Shown here: positions 60,006 through 64,000 of the stretch, one piece after another
Numbering within the stretch: position 1 is the stretch's first letter
Layout of the letters: the number at the start of each line of letters is the position of its first letter
From: Ammoniphilus sp. YIM 78166
GTDB taxonomy: Bacteria; Bacillota; Bacilli; Aneurinibacillales; RAOX-1
Assembly: GCF_004522215.1 (NCBI RefSeq)
Contig: NZ_SDLR01000005.1
Coordinates: 29,086-93,085, forward strand
DNA length: 64,000 nucleotides
Direction of reading: 5' to 3'
The notes under the pieces: model-generated
Databases searched by the model: none
What the model saw: the letters and a program-made list of their open reading frames with translations, nothing else
Told to the model about the DNA's origin: nothing
Made by a program: the position numbers and the translations under genes

Positions 60006-61175
60006 CTAGAAGAAGTCAAAGAGAGCGGTCGCTTGCTTCGGAATGAGGCGCTCCAGCTCGATTACATCGGCGCTCTCCCCTTTCAGCCTACCTAACTCAT
60101 AGAAAAAGCTCGCGCTTTGCACTCCAAGAAAGATGGCGGTTAGGGTACTAATGTCACAAGTTAAGGCTGCCTTCGCGTGTGTGGCATGAATCCTTGACAC
60201 CTGTCCATCTTGGATTTCATAGATACCTTCATTCCACTTGGCCCATGGGTCCTCTACTTGAATGGAAACAGACCCCGCTTGCTTTGCCAGAGGATAATGA
60301 CGCAAAAACACCTCTACATCTACGATTCGAGCCATAAAATAAGGGGTGACTTCCTGCTGGAATTTCGGATTAGCCAACAGATAAGGCAAACGGTCATCCT
60401 CCGCCACCCTCATTTTGATCTGATCCACCATAGAATCGTGCTGACACAAGAAATTCCACATCCCTATTCTAGCCTCTTCGTTTAAAAAGATATATTCTTC
60501 CACCTCCAGCACACGATCCTTGACCTGATAGAGCACATACCCCCTAGGTTGATCCTCGCTGTTGCGATACACCCCTACTTGGTAGCTGAATGGCTTGACA
60601 TGATAGTCCCACCAGTCCAGCGACCGATCCAGCATGCCGGAATAGCCCAAGGCAAACCGCTGATACATCTCTTGCAAGAGGCTTGTGCCGCTCCTGTCCG
60701 TTAGCCTTTCTACTCTTCCCTTTGTACGAGTCAACAAGGTCAGATGGGCTGCGTCAAGCTTATAAGTCTTATAGGAAACAAACCATTCCCACCCATACCT
60801 ACGATAAAAGGCAAAGCTAAAGGGATGAAGCAGACTGATTGAATGTCCGGTTTCTTTCATGGAAACCAGGGCCTGCCTAATCAGCCGACTGACGCTCCCT
60901 TTTCTCCGATGTTCCGGCCAAGTCGCCACTCCGGCAACCCCTCCCATGCTAAAGCTCTTATGGGCTATGTAGATCTTCAGAGGCAAAATATGAAGCTTTG
61001 AAATTAATTGCTCCCCCTCAAATTCTCCCCAAATTTCATGAAGCTTCGCTCTTTCCCTTCTTTCCACCGCTTGCTCAGGGCTCAGATGATATTGAAAAGC
61101 ATATTGAGAAAACGCTAAGCTTTGCTCTATGTCCTGATCTTCTAATTTTCTAATCATTGTTGTTTTTCCTTTCAT
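60006..61175 (-). CDS. Eis-like GNAT N-acetyltransferase with C-terminal SCP2-like domain
   Basis: 389 aa; GNAT motif A (VATWPEHRRKGSVSRLIRQAL) and Eis-family three-domain length. Confidence 0.8.
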   Translation of the reverse strand: MKGKTTMIRKLEDQDIEQSLAFSQYAFQYHLSPEQAVERRERAKLHEIWGEFEGEQLISKLHILPLKIYIAHKSFSMGGVAGVATWPEHRRKGSVSRLIRQALVSMKETGHSISLLHPFSFAFYRRYGWEWFVSYKTYKLDAAHLTLLTRTKGRVERLTDRSGTSLLQEMYQRFALGYSGMLDRSLDWWDYHVKPFSYQVGVYRNSEDQPRGYVLYQVKDRVLEVEEYIFLNEEARIGMWNFLCQHDSMVDQIKMRVAEDDRLPYLLANPKFQQEVTPYFMARIVDVEVFLRHYPLAKQAGSVSIQVEDPWAKWNEGIYEIQDGQVSRIHATHAKAALTCDISTLTAIFLGVQSASFFYELGRLKGESADVIELERLIPKQATALFDFF

Positions 61176-62386
61176 CCATTGATCGCTTTAAACCGTCCTG
61201 TACTTTCTTTATTCTAGACCGCTTAAGGAACTCCTCCGTTATGATATAAAAGAAGAAAGAGTATGTATATCTCCATGATAAAGGGCTTGATCGAACCAAT
61301 GAGCTAACGTCTCCCCGAAAAATGAAGACATAACCGCTATAACAACCAGGGACAGGTAACGCCTTAGGAATGATAGGAATAAGCTTGACCTTGCAACTCT
61401 CTCATTCGCGATAAAGACTCCTCATATACTACTTCCACCTGGTTCCCCCTTTTCCTACTCTCAGGTATATTAAACGCGATCGTAAAGCACTATCGTGCTT
61501 TACTCAACTGAAGGACTGTCCCTCATCATAAGGTAAGGTGCGAAGCCTTTGCCGTTGACGGTTAAGAAGGTGATAACAATAGGAGCGACTGAAAAAAGAC
61601 AGGAGCTTGTAAAACTGATTCAGCATCTATCTGACAAGATATATTCATGGTTCATAGCTTATTGTCTTATCTAAAGAGTAGTAGGAAAAACCGAGTCTTT
61701 CCATGGAGGGTTTACGTAGCCCCTATCTTACATTTCCCTATCTCCCCTATTTATAATGAAATAACTATTCAAGACAATAAAAAGTTCGATATTAACGATA
61801 TGGTCCATCCCCTTAATGTAAACCTTTGTTCATTCTCCGATAGTTGGCCGTAGCGGTATTAACGGAAGAATAGGCTAACCCCTGATAGATTCTTGGTTTC
61901 ATCCCCTCAGCGAGGACAAGAGTGGGCATTTCAATGAACAGGCAGCTGTAGAAATTACGGCTAAATACCCCAATATGCACGGGTCCCCGATCCATATTGG
62001 CGATTCTAAACTTATGGGAATTGAGGATATATAATATCGACTGCTCAAAGAGTCTATGAGAAATGAGGTTAACTTTGTCCCAGGCGGCTTGCTCGGTTCC
62101 CCAACCGGTCATATCCGACTTACCTATGGCCAAGCAGAGACTGAATCCATTCCGGAAGGAATTGTACGATCAAGGCAAGCAGTACTTAAACTTTAAAACG
62201 CACCCAGCCTATCCTTCCTCATATGCAACAACAGGTTGGCAAAAAGCATCGTTCTCTCTTATTTATTCCTAACTAAAACGAAACTCTTTATGCAAATATA
62301 AATAGAGAAAAAGGCAACTGTAGTGACAGTTGCCTTTTTTAGGTCTATTTTTTAGGTCTTATGACACGCCTTATATTCTTACATCC

Positions 62387-63898
62387 TTATTTAATGCTGT
62401 TGAGTAACTCCTCAGCGTTCTTTGGCTTTTCCGTGAATAAACTGACAACAACGGTCACGATTAAAGCAACAAGGAAACCGGGAACGGCTTCATAAGTGAT
62501 GCCGAATAGAATTTTTCCCACCAATGCTTTTACATCAGGCAAGAAGGTAAAGGTCCACTCGGGTTGTTTTTTGACAAGAATAACCGTAACTAATCCTGTA
62601 ATCATTCCGAACAGTACCCCGGCCTTGCTGACACCTTTCCAATAGAGGGTAAGCAAGAGAGCCGGTCCAAAACAAGCCCCTAACCCTCCGAAAGCAAACA
62701 GCACCATCCAAAATACGAATTCCTGAGCGGAGAAGGCAAGCCAAATCGATAAGAGCATAATGGCGCAAATGGACAAGCGACTGTAAAGAACGAGCTTCTT
62801 TGGAGGAATTTCTTTTCCTTTGCCGATTAATTTATCATAGATATCTCTTACAACCGCACTTGCCCCGACTAGAAGTTGGCTGTCCGCACTGGACATAATC
62901 GCCGCTAAGATCGCAACGAGCAAGATGCCCAAGAAGAACGGATGCAGGATTTCGGCTCCTAGCGTGGTGAACAAGGCTTCTTTGTTTGCATTGGGAAGAG
63001 CTTCGATATTCGGGAAATAAACGCGTCCTGCCAATCCGATCATGATGGCCCCCCACCCCATCACAACGTTCCAAACCGTGGCAATGAATGCCGCTTGTCT
63101 CATTTCCTTGACATTTTTAAGCGACATGTAACGGACAAGGATATGAGGATTTCCAGGACTTCCAAAACCAATTCCCAGCAAACCCATGATGGCGCCAAAA
63201 CCAAACGTGAACGGATCGATGAAGCCCGCTTGCTGAGCATTCATCGTTTCAAGAATCGGGCCGAAGCCGCCTAAACCAAAAATGGCGATGATAGGTAATA
63301 CTACTAAGGAGGTAAACATGAAACCCGCTTGCAACACATCCGTTTTACTGACGGCATGGAATCCGCCCAACATCGTGTAAACCAATAAAATAATTGCGGT
63401 TATCAACATTCCTGTGGAGGAAGACACGCCCATGCTTGCGGAAAACGCAGTCCCGCCGGCTACCAACTGACTTCCAACATAGGCAACCATAAAGAAGATA
63501 ATAATACACGCGCTGACAAGCCTTAATATATTGGTTTTATCTTGAAAGCGTGATTCCAAAATGTCGGGAACCGTAATGCTCCCCATCTTTTCGCTATAGT
63601 TCCTGAAGCGTCTGGCGACAAAGAAGAACATGAGAACTTCAACCGTAATGTATCCGGCAATCGACCACATAGCATTAAGACCTGTCGCATAAGCCGTGCC
63701 CGTAACGCCAAGAACGAGCCAAGCGCTTCGTCCGGAACTCACCGCTGACAGGGCAACCGTCCATTTGTTTAAGCTCCTGCCGGCTAAGAAAAAGTCGTCC
63801 AAGCCTCCCGCACTTTTTTTGGAACTGGTAAAAGCAATCACTAGCAGCCCAACTAAATAGCAGACGATGACGCTTATCGCTATCCAACTCGTACTCAT
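62387..63898 (-). CDS. sodium:solute symporter (SSS family)
   Basis: 503 aa, ~13 TM; SSS N-terminal pattern and length. Confidence 0.85.
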   Translation of the reverse strand: MSTSWIAISVIVCYLVGLLVIAFTSSKKSAGGLDDFFLAGRSLNKWTVALSAVSSGRSAWLVLGVTGTAYATGLNAMWSIAGYITVEVLMFFFVARRFRNYSEKMGSITVPDILESRFQDKTNILRLVSACIIIFFMVAYVGSQLVAGGTAFSASMGVSSSTGMLITAIILLVYTMLGGFHAVSKTDVLQAGFMFTSLVVLPIIAIFGLGGFGPILETMNAQQAGFIDPFTFGFGAIMGLLGIGFGSPGNPHILVRYMSLKNVKEMRQAAFIATVWNVVMGWGAIMIGLAGRVYFPNIEALPNANKEALFTTLGAEILHPFFLGILLVAILAAIMSSADSQLLVGASAVVRDIYDKLIGKGKEIPPKKLVLYSRLSICAIMLLSIWLAFSAQEFVFWMVLFAFGGLGACFGPALLLTLYWKGVSKAGVLFGMITGLVTVILVKKQPEWTFTFLPDVKALVGKILFGITYEAVPGFLVALIVTVVVSLFTEKPKNAEELLNSIK

Positions 63899-64000
63899 TG
63901 CACTTCAACCTCCTCTCTGTCTCCTATGCTGACGTAGGATTCCTCCTCATCCTCTCGGGTGACGATGAAACAGTAATAAGCAAGCGCGAGTATGAGCAAG
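63895..64000 (-). CDS. partial small membrane protein (DUF485/YjcH-like partner of SSS symporters), truncated by window edge
   Basis: ...LLILALAYYCFIVTREDEEESYVSIGDREEVEVQ with stop overlapping symporter start (ATGA). Confidence 0.4.
   Translation of the reverse strand, partial: LLILALAYYCFIVTREDEEESYVSIGDREEVEVQ

Noticed and set aside
61647-62272. ORFs 61647-61853, 61813-62133 and 62063-62272
   Set aside because: They have no motifs, weak starts and partly overlap. They may be a decayed gene but there is insufficient evidence to call them.
1-64000. Search for CRISPR arrays, rRNA and canonical tRNA genes
   Set aside because: No regularly spaced direct repeats with unique spacers and no rRNA-like or cloverleaf-compatible sequences were seen.

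Overview
This window looks like a Bacillales-type chromosome segment. Supporting signs are a GerAB-family germination permease, a BsrG/TxpA-like type I toxin and a sigma-54 system. It is a mosaic of ordinary housekeeping and transport genes and a large accessory/defence region with heavy decay. Reading left to right, it contains:
- A sigma-54 activator (PrpR-like) with a TRAP dctPQ target. A textbook -24/-12 promoter and a 46-bp perfect palindrome (the presumed activator-binding UAS) sit between them.
- A roughly 6.5-kb junkyard (4.0-10.5 kb) with hicAB (hicA truncated), a degraded Doc-like toxin with an upstream 104-aa ORF, gene fragments of VOC and PfkB type, and many copies of an ~80-bp three-hairpin repeat.
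- An IS4-family element with imperfect inverted repeats, next to a repeat-flanked duplicate fragment of the downstream McrC-like gene.
- A conspicuously AT-rich three-gene island (12.4-16.7 kb). Its largest product is an unusual fusion of a Doc/Fic domain (HAFEDGNKR), a ParB/DndB-like DGxHR nuclease domain and a Cys-rich tail. Two unknown proteins accompany it. This is my best candidate for an undescribed defence or toxin system.
- An McrBC-like type IV restriction pair. The McrB-like GTPase carries a ~560-aa N-terminal extension, and the McrC-like partner is a DUF2357/PD-(D/E)xK protein.
- A NERD-domain protein, a PLD-nuclease/SF2-helicase/DUF3427-like fusion and a HIT hydrolase.
- A BsrG/TxpA-like type I toxin (36 aa) with a convergent promoter/terminator-defined antisense sRNA. 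Two decayed extra copies occur at 43.7 and 59.75 kb.
- A MazG-like NTP pyrophosphohydrolase plus a PD-(D/E)xK-DUF2075 ATPase operon. A decayed partial duplicate with a nonsense mutation lies at 43.9-44.4 kb.
- rtcB RNA ligase with a divergent PafBC-like tandem WYL regulator pair. A ~470-bp structured non-coding region downstream of rtcB contains a tRNA-like T-arm.
- A MoxR AAA ATPase with a vWA-metallopeptidase partner.
- A GntR-ABC (ytr-like) operon, an esterase, an Eis-like GNAT (intact copy plus decayed copy), and an AKR, MFS transporter and MarR regulator.
- An orphan gerXB, a GH4/BadF/GntR sugar locus, SRPBCC and GyrI-like proteins, and an SSS symporter.
No rRNA, canonical tRNA or CRISPR array was seen.
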